From the NCBI RefSeq assembly GCF_964194025.1, contig NC_134470.1, positions 37,014,001 to 37,078,000 on the forward strand: a stretch of DNA of 64,000 nt, given 5' to 3'. How positions within the stretch are numbered: position 1 is the stretch's first letter; every line of letters starts with the position of its first letter. Below are positions 27,323-39,569 of this stretch, in pieces. Below the pieces are notes generated by a model. That model was not told where the DNA came from. It saw only the letters and a program-made list of their open reading frames with translations, and searched no databases. The stretch is from Convolutriloba macropyga (Eukaryota). A program made the translations under genes and the position numbers.

Positions 27323-28678
27323 TGTATATTGCTGAGTTTTTGATAACTTCTCTATTGCAATTAACCAAAGCAACAGATTGACGTTCAGCCATAAGTATGA
27401 CTCTAATGGGTTGCTTGGTTGGTGTTTTGAATTTGAATTCGATCCCCAACCGGGCACCAGTAAGTTCTGGGCGGATTGTGCTGTCCCGTAAGTTGGAATC
27501 GGCTGTAAGATTGAAAATCAACGCAAAATGATTGGCAAAGTTATCTAGAGTAATTCCGTTGCCGCCAACAGAATGACCCAAGGCCGTCATTGTTGTGTGG
27601 TAGAGACGGACGTGGCTTTTAGAGATATCAATGGGTGTGCCACCTACTTGCGATCCTTCTCGTGTGACCCTCACTGAACTCAAATTAAAGTCCTCGAAAT
27701 TGAAAGGATTAGATTTGTACGTTCCGGTGAAAGACTTCTCTGGTACCAAGACCACAACCAATTTGCAAGCTGGAGCTCTATTGAACAAATCATCCTGGTA
27801 ATAAACGCTGGTACCTGTAGTGATTCGAAAAGAAGTAATTGGAGACTCTTGCCACTCAAATTGAGCTGCTTTTTTCTTTAAAGCTCTCTCAAGTGAAATA
27901 ACGGTCTCCGTTCGAAGTTCCAACAAGTGTACAAATAGAAGCATTTAGGACCTTGATTGTGAAACTACTCGCATCTTGACAACCTCCGGGCTGATGCATA
28001 ATGAACTTGTCCAAAGAACGTGTCAGTCTGATCCGAACTTCAACTCCAGGTACCAAATACTTGTCAACACCGTTCAAAAAGTTGTTAGAAATTGTGGAAA
28101 AAGTGTGAAAGCTACGCCCTGAGTTATTTCATACCGTCTGGAAAAAGCATCGTTTTTCAAAGTGTTGAAATCCGAAAGAGCTGGTTCAAAACTATACCAT
28201 TGAGTTGCCATTATGCTCTGCTTGGTTGTCAGGTCGTAACTGAGGTCTGCCTCTAAGATGGACTTAAGGGGGTGCAAATTGCTGGACGAGGAAACCATGG
28301 TGCCATTCAAGAAAACTTCCACATTTTGCCACAAACTATTGGCGATGTTCTTCACGAAAATTGGTAGGAGCTCGCCGTCTGTACCATCACTTTTTTTCTT
28401 CCTAACAGCTGCTTCGCCTGATGATTCTTTAATCAACAATAATTCCATAATTCCATTTTGAGTAAAATGTTGTTTAGATCGGCTACAGTTCCACATATTT
28501 CCGTACGTGGCGCCTGAAATTCAAACTCCAACACTGGGCCATCTGAGTTTCTTGGCGGGAAAATTCGTTTGTCGTAAGCGCAGACAAAATCAGCCAAAAC
28601 TTGACTTGTACCAAAGAGGTCCAACATTGAGCTGGTTGCTGAAACTGGGGGATCGGCATAGGTGAAGGAATGAGACAT
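27315..28678 (-). pseudogene. Major capsid protein (double jelly-roll), frameshifted
   Basis: GPVLEFEF, NSLWQNVEVFLNG, KYLVPGVEVRIRLTRS, FTGTYKSNPFNFEDFNL, NGITLDNF...LIFNLTAD: motifs typical of animal Polinton major capsid proteins. Confidence 0.9.
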
Positions 28679-28691
28679 TGCAATCAATCAG

Positions 28692-29250
28692 TTAGGTAGC
28701 AGCGTCGACGATGGAGGAAAAGAAATCTTGCTTGTTATAGTTCTTCTTTTTTTTCGTTATACGCCTACGGTTTGTTCTCAAGACACGCTTTTTCCTTGTG
28801 GAACGGTTTCTGATCGTTTTTCGTGCGGAGCCTTTTGATTTTCTTCTCTGGTAGCGGAAGCGCTTTTTCTTTGATTTTGTCCTTCTTTTTGTATTGGTAA
28901 TCCGTTTAGGTGTCGATGACAGACGTCGCCCTTTTTCTGTTGAACTTTTTCTTCTCGAGCGACCACTTCCAATTTGTTTTTTTACCGTTTCGCGTAAAGT
29001 TTTTTTCAGGGCAGCTTTTGGTTTTGTACGTCCCTCTATTATCCCTAGCACTTCAGGAGCGGCATATTGTACCAAGTTTTTTGATAAGGGTAGACCGTAT
29101 CGCTTTGCAAGTGGTATCACAAAACTTTTCAAACCGAGACGCAGCGCAGAACCCAGCCCACTGCCGTATTGACGATTTGTTGAACCAGAATAAAAACTAG
29201 AATTTGCTCGGGGAAAAAAGTATGCGATTAGAATGGTAGTTGACGTCCAT
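28692..29250 (-). pseudogene. Basic core-like virion protein with Q-x-G-x-G motifs
   Basis: FYSGSTNRQYGSGLGS upstream of the annotated ORF, an amphipathic segment, QIGSG, then a long K/R-rich tail; located between integrase and capsid genes. Confidence 0.7.
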
Positions 29251-31293
29251 TCAAGAACTGTTTACAAAGAAAAGTTTCTGCCTTTCCCCCGCTGACGGTG
29301 AAGCAAGGCGTTGACAACTGAATCGCTTGACAATCAATATGAGTACTGAACCGCAGGTTGCCTATCAACCCGGTCACAAACGATTTCTTAAGCTGACCAA
29401 TTAACTAGGCCCTCAGCTGCAATGCCTACTTGCTGGCGGCCACGATGTCTATCTTCGTCAAACTTAAAAGCAACTAGTTCAGAAGCATAGAGACGTCCCA
29501 AAATTTCTTTGCCTGTGTTATCATGCAGTACATAGGTTATGGGTTCACTACGATTACGCGGAATGGACACTCTTGCAACAGTAAAGACTTCATCTGTAAA
29601 TCGCTGCTTATAACCTTTCTGGAAGGGTTTTCGCTGAAAAGACAAGCGAACAGTTTGTTTTTTCCTAAAGACTTTTTTCGCCAAAACAGTTTGGGTGGCG
29701 TACGATAACTCTTCATAACTGAATTTGGTCTTTTATCGTAAGCATTGGGACTGTTTTGCAGAACAAGACTCCTAACATGTTCCTTAGAGACGTCTGCGGG
29801 AGCTAAAAGATGCTTGAGTTGACTCGAGCGTTTATCAGCCTCACAAATTGTTGAAGATGACCCAAATAAGTACATGAACCACTTTCTTATAAAAATTTGT
29901 ATAAAAATTTTTCAACGTACGCACAAACCGCTCTGCAATAGCACTTTTCGAATCACCATAAGTGCTATAAACTTCAACTCCTAGCTCCTCACAGTGTTTT
30001 CTAAAGTATCCTTTGAATTCTTTCCCTTGATCTTTCCAAAGTTTTATGGGCACTGATGTTGGTTTGATTTTCTTCTCTGGTAGCGGAAGCGCTTTTTCTT
30101 TGATTTTGTCCTTCTTTTTGTATTGGTAATCCGTTTAGGTGTCGATGACAGACGTCGCCCTTTTTCTGTTGAACTTTTTCTTCTCGAGCGACCACTTCCA
30201 ATTTGTTTTTTACCGTTTCGCGTAAAGTTTTTTTCAGGGCAGCTTTTGGTTTTGTACGTCCCTCTATTATCCCTAGCACTTCAGGAGCGGCATATTGTAC
30301 CAAGTTTTTGGATAAGGGTAGACCGTATCGCTTTGCAAGTGGTATCACAAAACTTTTCAAACCGAGACGCAGCGCAGAACCCAGCCCACTGCCGTATTGA
30401 CGATTTGTTGAACCAGAATAAAAACTAGAATTTGCTCGGGGAAAAAAGTATGCGATTAGAATGGTAGTTGACGTCCATTCAAGAACTGTTTACAAAGAAA
30501 AGTTTCTGCCTTTCCCCCGCTGACGGTGAAGCAAGGCGTTGACAACTGAATCGCTTGACAATCAATATGAGTACTGAACCGCAGGTTGCCTATCAACCCG
30601 GTCACAAACGATTTCTTAAGCTGACCAATTAACTAGGCCCTCAGCTGCAATGCCTACTTGCTGGCGGCCACGATGTCTATCTTCGTCAAACTTAAAAGCA
30701 ACTAGTTCAGAAGCATAGAGACGTCCCAAAATTTCTTTGCCTGTGTTATCATGCAGTACATAGGTTATGGGTTCACTACGATTACGCGGAATGGACACTC
30801 TTGCAACAGTAAAGACTTCACCTGTAAATCGCTGCTTATAACCTTTCTGGAAGGGTTTTCGCTGAAAAGACAAGCGAACAGTTTGTTTTTTCCTAAAGAC
30901 TTTTTTCGCCAAAACAGTTTGGGTGGCGTACGATAACTCTTCATAACTGAATTTGGTCTTTTATCGTAAGCATTGGGACTGTTTTGCAGAACAAGACTCC
31001 TAACATGTTCCTTAGAGACGTCTGCGGGAGCTAAAAGATGCTTGAGTTGACTCGAGCGTTTATCAGCCTCACAAATTGTTGAAGATGACCCAAATAAGTA
31101 CATGAACCACTTTCTTAAAAAAATTTGTATAAAAATTTTTCAACGTACGCACAAACCGCTCTGCAATAGCACTTTTCGAATCACCATAAGTGCTATAAAC
31201 TTCAACTCCTAGCTCCTCACAGTGTTTTCTAAAGTATCCTTTGAATTCTTTCCCTTGATCTTTCCAAAGTTTTATGGGCACTGATGTTGGTTT
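28837..31293. repeat. Internal tandem duplication 1 (~1229 bp: 28837-30065 and 30066-31293)
   Basis: Near-identical copies; junction ggttt|gattttc with TTT microhomology. Confidence 0.95.
29388..30065 (-). pseudogene. Duplicated 3' part of the integrase
   Basis: Copy of 30616-31293 (WKDQGKEF, AERFVRTLK, FQKGYKQRFT). Confidence 0.9.
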
Positions 31294-31720
31294 TTCGATA
31301 TTAATCATCTTTGAAAAAGCTTCAAAAGCTGCCTGAACAGATTTTGATTTCATTGTGCGAACTCGTAGAAAACGTGTTAACACATCAACTGCAATAGAGA
31401 GATACTATACGCCGTCATTTTCCTTTGAAAATTTATTCATAAAAGCGACATCAACGGACCAAATATGAATCACTCCGAGACTTCTGATTTAAGTCTTTTG
31501 AACTTTTGTCTTGCAGCTTTAAACTTTGTATACACTTTACTACTCTCCAAAAACTCGCACTTTCGACAAGGGTAACCCGCTGGCTTTTCTCAAACTGGAA
31601 ATTCCACCATAAGCCGCAGGGTTGTTCAGCGATGTGTAGATTCCTTTCAAGTAACGATACTCAGCTTCTGAGAGTCTCCGCTATTTTACCGGCCTTTTCT
31701 GTCGTTTTAACAGCAACCAT
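30616..31720 (-). pseudogene. Retroviral-like (RVE, DDE) integrase
   Basis: PAAYGG, IWSVDVAFM, AVDVLTRF, WKDQGKEF, KSAIAERFVRTLK, FQKGYKQRFT.EVF, YVLHD.TGKEI.GR.YASEL. Confidence 0.93.
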
Positions 31721-31777
31721 GCTTTCAAGCTTTCAATTCAGTATATAGAAAATATGAGTAGAACAAATCAACAACTA

Positions 31778-32552
31778 TCACTCAAGACTTAGCTTGGATG
31801 AGCTAATTTTATCGTCAATGACTTGCATCGCGCAACTGTTTAGGAGCATGGACTTTAGATGATCAACTTTTTCCTTTGTTATCGGCACCATCAATAATGT
31901 TTCAACAATTTGACGTTCCATCCAATTCAACTTTTTATTATGAATCTGCAAATTCTTAAGAAACTGTATCAGGTTAACAGAATTTGTCATCTCAACTTGA
32001 TCGCCCGACTGAAATGAATTAGATCCGAGGAGTAAGCGATTACTAGATTGGCTGAAAGAAAGACTGGGATTGGAGTCATCAGAGACAAAAGAGCTCGCAT
32101 GCAATAACGTTTCAGCATAGCACCATGTTTTTTCTGACTGTTGATTTTTGGGAGCGTGGACCTCCTTTCTTTTTTCTATACAACTGTTTCAAAGAAGAAC
32201 TGACAATCGATTCTTCCCTAACAGGGTCGAAAGAAGAGTTTCCTTCAAAATTAGTTGACAGGTTGTTTTGTCTGTTGTTGTTAGCAGCTGACTCGCTGTC
32301 GTGCTGGTTCTCTACAGGAGTAATTGAGTAGTTCAACAGTTCTCCGTGATCTTCTTTATTGACATCCGTTGTATTGAAGCTATCTGCTTTTGGGACAGAG
32401 GAATATGACCTTTTGGACTGTGGCTGCATTGCTAGCAAATTTGTATGAATAGCTTTTTTTGGCTCTTCTAGTTCTTTCAGCAACGGAACTAGTGCAAACT
32501 CAATAAACTTTGACGCTGTATTTGACGAGGCCTGCTTTGCTCGATATGACAT
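31778..32552 (-). CDS. Hypothetical Maverick protein(s), possibly one frameshifted gene
   Basis: Adjacent ORFs 32112-32564 and 31778-32104 between ATPase and integrase; no recognised motif. Confidence 0.45.
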
Positions 32553-32608
32553 AACAATAAGCACAAAAAAAATGTTAAATTAGGGGAAAAAATTTTATCG
32601 GATTTAGT

Positions 32609-33680
32609 TCAGCTGCAGTGCATGCAATGTTTAACATTTTGCTGATCAATTTTGCCACCACTCGTTAGTGTGATTGCACAATTTTCGTAAAGTTCACGGA
32701 TCGAACCATGTAATTCGTCATGTAGAAAAGAGCTGTTTTGATGGAGGGTAAAATTGTTCGAAGAGACTTGTGTAAAATCGAAAGAAATGGGTGCATTCCC
32801 CGCGACGAGGCACCGGCTGATTTGACTAGAGTCTAACGACAACTGGCACTGATCACCTGTTTCATTTTCAAAGGAACCACTGACTGCTCTCCTTTGCTTT
32901 GATTGCGTGTCAGATGATACTAAAATATCTTTTTTGCTACATACGGTAGTATTGCAGATGTAGATGCAAAATCTCAGACTATCGGGACATGTGGGTGTCA
33001 AGTCAATTAGGAAATGACCGAGTGGAAGTCTCATGCGATGCTTATAGCAGCTGTTGAAACACAGGCGTTGCAGTATCCAGCTCAAGAGCCTAAGATTTTC
33101 AATTACTTACCAACGCGTGGTGATTTTGTGAGAACGATATGCGTTGCGCTCTTATCAATGGTAACCGAATAAGGACCCTGTTGATAGAGATTGTGTTTAA
33201 TGAAAATTGAGGAGATGTTTTTATGCCTACCGGCTGTCGCCAATGTAGCGAAAACCTTGCTCTCCACAATTTCCTCACCGCAGTCATCAAAAATTAGCAG
33301 CTTTTTCTTTTGTGGGTAGCCTATGTTGCTGTGCTTCTCGGAAATAGCATGAAGCTCACTCAAAATAAGGTCGTCAACACAATATTCGTCGTTGCTAGCA
33401 CCGCTGCTGTTGTTAGTTGTTAAGGGTATTCATGATTGAATTTTTTGACTGAATGCAGCACTTGAATTCTACTGACACTTTTTCCCAAAATCTTCAAAAA
33501 ATCGTAATAAACAGGTCGCCAGTAGCGATAAATGTAAACAATGTGTTCAAAGGTGGTTCGAAAACTCCCTGTAGGACAGTAGGAGCTGATAGCATTGAAA
33601 GGATCAGCTGAGTTTTTCCAGTTCCGGAGCTTCCGCAAACACATAAAAACACGCTCTTTCGTTGATATTAACTTATTCAA
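32609..33680 (-). pseudogene. A32/FtsK-like DNA packaging ATPase
   Basis: Walker A GSSGTGKT (alternate frame near 33615-33635), Walker B LLIFDD, AGRHKNIS, KHNLYQQG, KSPR, GHFLIDLTP. Confidence 0.92.
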
Positions 33681-34470
33681 TACTGCTCATACATGTGGTT
33701 GTCTTGTGCTGCGGAGTGAACGGGGGGTAACAAAAAAGTCAGACAATATGTAATGACCATAAAATATGCAGTTTTTAGCTCACAACTGAGAGTGTCAGAG
33801 GCAGACGACAGCTGGCTACAAGCAATTGAAACCATCACAATTACAAAAAAAATTGAGTATAGAAGGTAGCACGGGTTCTTTCTATTGCACAGCACACAAA
33901 CTCCCAAACATTATGCTGCTGTGAGGTTTTTGATGCTTTAGCATCTTGAATCCTGTCGGCTCCGTCTATTTGGTCAACAGCATCAGCAATGTCAGAATCG
34001 CCAGCTTTACTACCTCTCTGCAACTTTCTAACAACGTGAACTTCAGGGGTTGGCCTCGGAGCAGTCACGAGATAGCCGATACAAGTGCTCAACAAAGTTA
34101 GATACGTCGTATTCTCTTCGCAGAGGAAGGGCGAGGAATGGTGCGTTTCATCACTTGTAGACCCCGCGGTTGCTTTCTTTCGACCCGAGAACCCACTCTT
34201 AGATAACTTGTAGAGATACAAAAAGTTAACAAACACAATCACAATGCATTGTGAAAATCTGTTGATTGGGCCAAAAATAACGAGTGCCAAGTCTTGGTTT
34301 GAATTTTCTTGAACCTTGCAATCTTCAGTTACATTATCTCCGCCCATGTTGTAAAACGTTCTTCCATCGCTCGAATCTGTTGTTTGTTCTTGTACATTAG
34401 ACGGCCGCTGCTGATGATTAGTGTCTTTCATAATTAAAATGAGAGAGCGTGTGCTGAATGGGGTATTCAT
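33677..34470 (-). pseudogene. Putative membrane protein with two similar two-helix hydrophobic modules
   Basis: FSQCIVIVFVNFLYLYKL...YLTLLSTCIGYLVTAP and YSIFFVIVMVSIACSQL...YFMVITYCLTFLLPP in overlapping frames. Confidence 0.5.
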
Positions 34471-34499
34471 TTTGTCTCTTACCCCTATTGGAGAAAAAG

Positions 34500-35760
34500 A
34501 AAAAAACTTCCATTGACATTGATTGACAGATAGATAGATAGATAGACAGATAGATATTGATTAGTATCAAAATGAAAAAAAATAGTAGCCTCAAAAATCC
34601 AAAATTTTGACAGTCAAAAAACCAAAATTTTGACAGAATTTTTGTCTAATTGCATTATCTAATTGATTGCAGTATCATCAATCAGCAGCGTAGTATAATA
34701 ATTCTATTGAGTTTTTTAATTGAGTTGAGTTCAGTTGAGTTGAGTTGAGTTGAGTTGAGTGAGTGAGTTAGTTCGAGTCAAGTGTGTGTGTGTTGAGTTC
34801 AACAAAATGTCAGAGGCAGGCCTCCAAAAGACGAACGCTTTGATGTTGCTGTGCCTGAGGTCTTTTTTGCAGCGGATGATTTGTTGTTGTTTGATCAAAA
34901 AGTTGAAGACTATTTGGACGCAGTGCAGTGGACTGACTGGAGGGATGCACTCTCGTTGTTTTTGACAGTAGAGCTGACGAGTTCAGTTTTGGATATAGTC
35001 ACCCTCCTGCTCCTCTTCCCATTTAAATCTAAGTGGCTGCTTTCCATTGATGTTGTTGTTGCGTTATTTCCTAACAATTCCATATAATTTCCGCACGGCG
35101 TCGCACCGCCCGAAGATTACGCGCCATCCGAAGCCCGAGCAGCGCGTCCGCCGCCGTAGCCCCGCTCGGCGTCGTCCGCGGGCGGCCCTTCGTTCGATCG
35201 GGCAGCGCGTCCGCCATCGGCGCCGTCCGCAGACCGCGCGCCCACGTCGTCCGCGGGCGGTCCGTCGTTCCTCAACTCAGAATTAAAACAACTGCTTTTT
35301 TCTTCCCCTACCTGTTGTTGTTGTTTTTTTTTCTAATCATCTCGTTGTTATCGTTGTTGTGAATAATGTGTTTTTTTCGCTGCAGTTGCAAATGACGGGG
35401 AGCCACCACTTTAGAAATTAGGTGACCAGTCGGGCAAAATACTTGTTTGACACACACACACACACACACACACACGCAGCCAGTCAGTCAATTGAAACCA
35501 GGCAGGAAATTTGTTTGTAACGATTTTTTTGTCTTCAAAGCATCTGAAAAACAAAAGACTTTTTTCTATTGAGAAATACAGGGCCTTTATCGTGAAAATA
35601 AACCAAAAAATTAGTTTATGAAAAAATGATGTATATCACGTCCATCCATCCAACTCATTGTTGACGATCTCCTCATTGCTGTTTTCTTTGCTTTTCTTTT
35701 GCCATAAATACAAAGTTCTATCGAACAAATTAATGTTATCAATCAATCCATCAATCAATC
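34500..35760. promoter_or_regulatory. Internal non-coding region with a CpG island (35090-35280) and GATA, GAGTT and CA microsatellites
   Basis: Abrupt GC/CpG-rich patch with repeats cgtcgtccgcgggcgg x2 and gcagcgcgtccgcc x2, upstream of the structural gene block; regulatory role is inferred. Confidence 0.4.
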
Positions 35761-36129
35761 AACCAACCAACTAAGCAACCATTACAAAAAGGAACTTGAT
35801 AATGAAAAACTGCATAGCTAGGCGTATGATCTAGGTCATTGACAAATATTCTTCTATTAATTATTCTATCAACAACAACAGTATATTTTGAACAATTTCC
35901 CTTGCACAACGAAAAATTAGGAAAATTAGATAGAAACAGCAAAAGAAGCGCCATTTTTAGTAACAAAAGGAGACACAGTACAAAAACAAAAAGAATCCAT
36001 TTTTGTTCTGGCAGCAAAGAAGCGAGCAGCTATAGAAAATAAGTATCAAATGAAAAAAAAATGTAAATAAAAAAATGTAAATTAGTAGCAAGAAATACAA
36101 AAAATAGTGTTTTCCGAAACACCAGCTTA

Positions 36130-38078
36130 ATAGATAGCATCAGCTTCTAATTAACGTCAGTAGTATTGATATTGTCTTCATCATCTTCAGTGTCATCATA
36201 GTAACCATCAGGAACAACAGCTATTACAACAGCTTCTGCCGAGGAGGAAGTAACATTTGTCTTCCATCCCAGTAACTTGTTGTTGGGTATCATTGCTTGA
36301 TCCATCTCCCACGTGTTGGAACACATAGGCTACTCCCGCTGAGGAATTGTTGTTTTCTTCACTCTCTTCTCCAATTGTGTAATTGGAAAGATTTGAAAGA
36401 TCACCAGAGGAATAATGTCGAACGTTTAGAGTGTTATTGGCAGCTCTACCAAATTGACTTTGTTGAAAACGGTTTCACTGCTGCAACTAAGTAGCAGATG
36501 GTGCAGCAGTATATGTCACTGGTGATGGTTGCTGATTTTGCACTCGAAGCGAATGAGTCCGTTCGAGCGGCAGCCGCAAACGGTATCTGCTGTGTGGAAA
36601 GACATGGCCTAGCTGCAACGTGCGACTGATTATCTTCAATGTGCGTTGTTGTTTTGGTTGAAACAATGCTGATTGAAATCCAAAATTGCGTCCGATGCAC
36701 TATCATACTGTGGACAAAAGAACTGAGATGAATTCATTTGGCTGCTGTTTTGCTGTTGTTGTTGTTAAGCGAACCGATTATAAGCATTCTGGAGCTGGTT
36801 TTGAGGCAAAAATGTTGTTGCCGCTTGTCGATAATTGTAGACTTAATTGTAGTAGAAAAGCAGGCTGCCAATGGCTGGCTTCAAACCCCAAATACGATTC
36901 ATTTCTGCTACGGAGAAAGTAGCAATGCTCTTGAAGATTCCTACACGAGAAGCGTCTAACTGTATTGTCAGAAAGAGGTGCCTGCTGCTCACTGGAATTT
37001 GTGTTTCGCAACTCAAATTGCTGATACGCTTAAACACCTCAATATTGGGTTCAAAATGCTGCTGCAAAAGCGGGCTCTGATGTAAAGATACATTGAGGAC
37101 CGAATCTTTTGACCAATCGCGATCAAAGTATTGACTACAAATTGGTAGGAGAGCCATTGAATCTCTCTCTGAAAAGACCAAACCTTGTGTTATGAGCAAG
37201 GCTACCAACCAGTATAAAGTTGCGTGGAGCGCGTGAAAGTCGAGTCAAGAATAAATACTACTTGCCTGCCTTCAATCTTACATTTATGTATTAAACTGTA
37301 TTAAGAAAAGCCAAAGATGTCATAATCTAAATTGCTGTCCAAAAGCACAACACTATTTTACCAAAAATTTTACCTGCAGTTCAAACAGGCACTTGGAACA
37401 GAGAATTGGTGCTCTCTTTGGAAAATATTTGTTCAAGTCAGCATTTGCGTCATATGTAGAACCGAAGAAGTCGAATTGTTCCCCACGCGCAAGAGCACAA
37501 GGTTGTTTATTTTTTTATTGTCCAGCGAACGCAGCATAAACAGAGACGGGACACCACACTTGTATTTGAAAGAACTTGAAGCCTGATCTCATCTCTGACC
37601 TCGGTCGTTGAAAACTGAAATAGTGCTTTACGCGTACTACGGCTTCTTCAAGTTTCCAGTTTGTTGTCACCACTGGTTGGCCATTACTTGTAGATGATTG
37701 GGAGTCATCTCTACAGTATATCATCAAATGAAGATGGTTCTCGCAAAGCTCCGGTGCTTCCTTATTAGTGGACGACATAAGATTGCACCTTTGAGCTGAA
37801 TTTGGAACACGATGTTGATTCTGTGAAATTTTTCGTGTCACACACTCTGCATTTGGAAAACCGCATTGTTTTAGGCAGTTAAAGACATGGGCACCAATCA
37901 CAAACTCAATGTGCTCACGCTGTAGCATTACACAGAACTCCTCCAAAATGTGGTCACATTGCTCTATCGCTCATTTCTCACAATCATTGGTGGGGTGGAA
38001 CACAATATGCGCATAATTCCTGGTGGCACCTTGACGAAACTCCATACCGAAACTCTGAAAAATCAGTGCCCCCTGCAT
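36130..38078 (-). pseudogene. Large accessory gene with an N-terminal HUH-endonuclease-like domain
   Basis: In-frame read-through of the stops at 37971 and 37515 gives YAHIVFHP...FVIGAH...NHLHLMIY...VWCPVSVY; further fragments to ~36130; 3' limit uncertain. Confidence 0.45.
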
Positions 38079-38431
38079 CACAGTTAGTAATAGGTACACA
38101 ATTGAAACTACAAATGAAAACGAACAGAAAAACATATAAGTGCGGTAGTAAGTAATTAAACAATTAGATTTACCTACAACAAGCAAAAATCTAAGTTACA
38201 AAAAATAGCCTCAAAATGGCAGTTCTCTTCATTCAATTCAATCTTTTGTACAGTAAAAAGCAACAAGTACTGTCATCCATAAAGACTAATTCATCAAAAA
38301 TGTTTGCTGGAATACAATACAAAACTCCGAGATATGGTATACAAACATAGAGAGACAGACAGCCATGAGTCTCTGCTTTAAATGATCATCAAGTTCTCCT
38401 CTTCTTTTGCAGGATATGATCAATCAATCAA

Positions 38432-39435
38432 TCAAACAAGTGTTTCAAGGTCTCCATAACTATACAATTGCTTACGAGAAAAAGTTGAATTTGTTGTTGT
38501 AGAAGTGTTATCATCAACACCTGATTTAGATCGCAACCCCTTTTTTCGGGTGCACACTTCCTCGACCAGGCTTCCAAAGTGAGAAGTAGAAGGGTTATTA
38601 TCTCTAAAATGACTTACATTTGCCGGCGTGTCTTTTGAAATTGTGAAAGAATTGTTTCTGTGAACGGAAATTGGTGTATAATAAATGTTTCGAGAGCTTG
38701 TTGGTAAAGAGTGTTTTCTTTCATACAAAACCGGATACTGCATATACTTGTTTGGTCTAATCAGTGGTAAAACTGCAGTCATGTTTTCCCTACTTGCATT
38801 GGAAACCAGGAGATCGGGAGGAACGGAGTGAACTTGCGCAGTAGTCTGGAGAGCTTGGATAGAATTTGAATCGTGTTGCCACCAAGAAGCCGCGGACATT
38901 TCGCCTTGCGTTGTAGCAGAGCAACCACTGCAATTCAACACAGATGAATTTTTGTCTTCTTGCAAGTGTGTTTGCCCGTCCACCGCAACCCCTTTCCCAA
39001 GAACATCGGTCGCCAGTCGGTTTTTCGATTTCCTTTCAACGGCTGACTGAATTTCCTGTTTTCGGGACCATCGGAAATGAGTAGCATCAATGATACAGCA
39101 CACAACGACAGACACCAAAATTATCGAAAGGATGAACAGGAACAATGAAACATTGTTCGCGCGCACAATAGAGCTGACAATAGTGTCATTAATTAGATCT
39201 AAGTCAGCTCTTAGTTGGCCCTTTGGCCCGCAACAAAAAACCCATCAACGCTCATGCAACAGCCCATATTCTTCATTTCACAGGAGTCGACCGCAATGTA
39301 GTGACAAGTCAATTTTTCCAGATAGCTGTTACTTGACCAGTCTGTTACCGTCTCTGAGCTCCAATGTTGAGTGCTGTCTGACTTAGTTTGAGACATAACG
39401 TTCAATAATCTGAAAACAAGACAAAGATTGTGCAT
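38432..39435 (-). pseudogene. Single-pass membrane protein (small Cys-rich ectodomain, TM helix, long S/T-rich tail)
   Basis: ORFs 39211-39444 and 38432-39166 share a frame across a stop; TM LFLFILSIILVSVVVCCII; sequons NDT and NVS before the TM. Confidence 0.55.
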
Positions 39436-39569
39436 GATCTGCAATTTCTGTTAAAAAATAAACAATTGGAGAAAAAAAAGTGTGGAAATTAATACTTCAC
39501 ATTGAAAAAAGAAACAAAAATTAAATTACTGTTACCAGATGCAAACTGGCTACATTAATGTTTGAAGTT

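Noticed and set aside
33090-33110. Apparent GTAAGT...TTAG mini-intron in the ATPase
   Set aside because: Better explained by a CAA>TAA nonsense change in a continuous SPRVGKQLKILG frame
35047-35286. Arg-rich plus-strand ORF
   Set aside because: By-product of GC-rich repeats; opposite strand to all element genes
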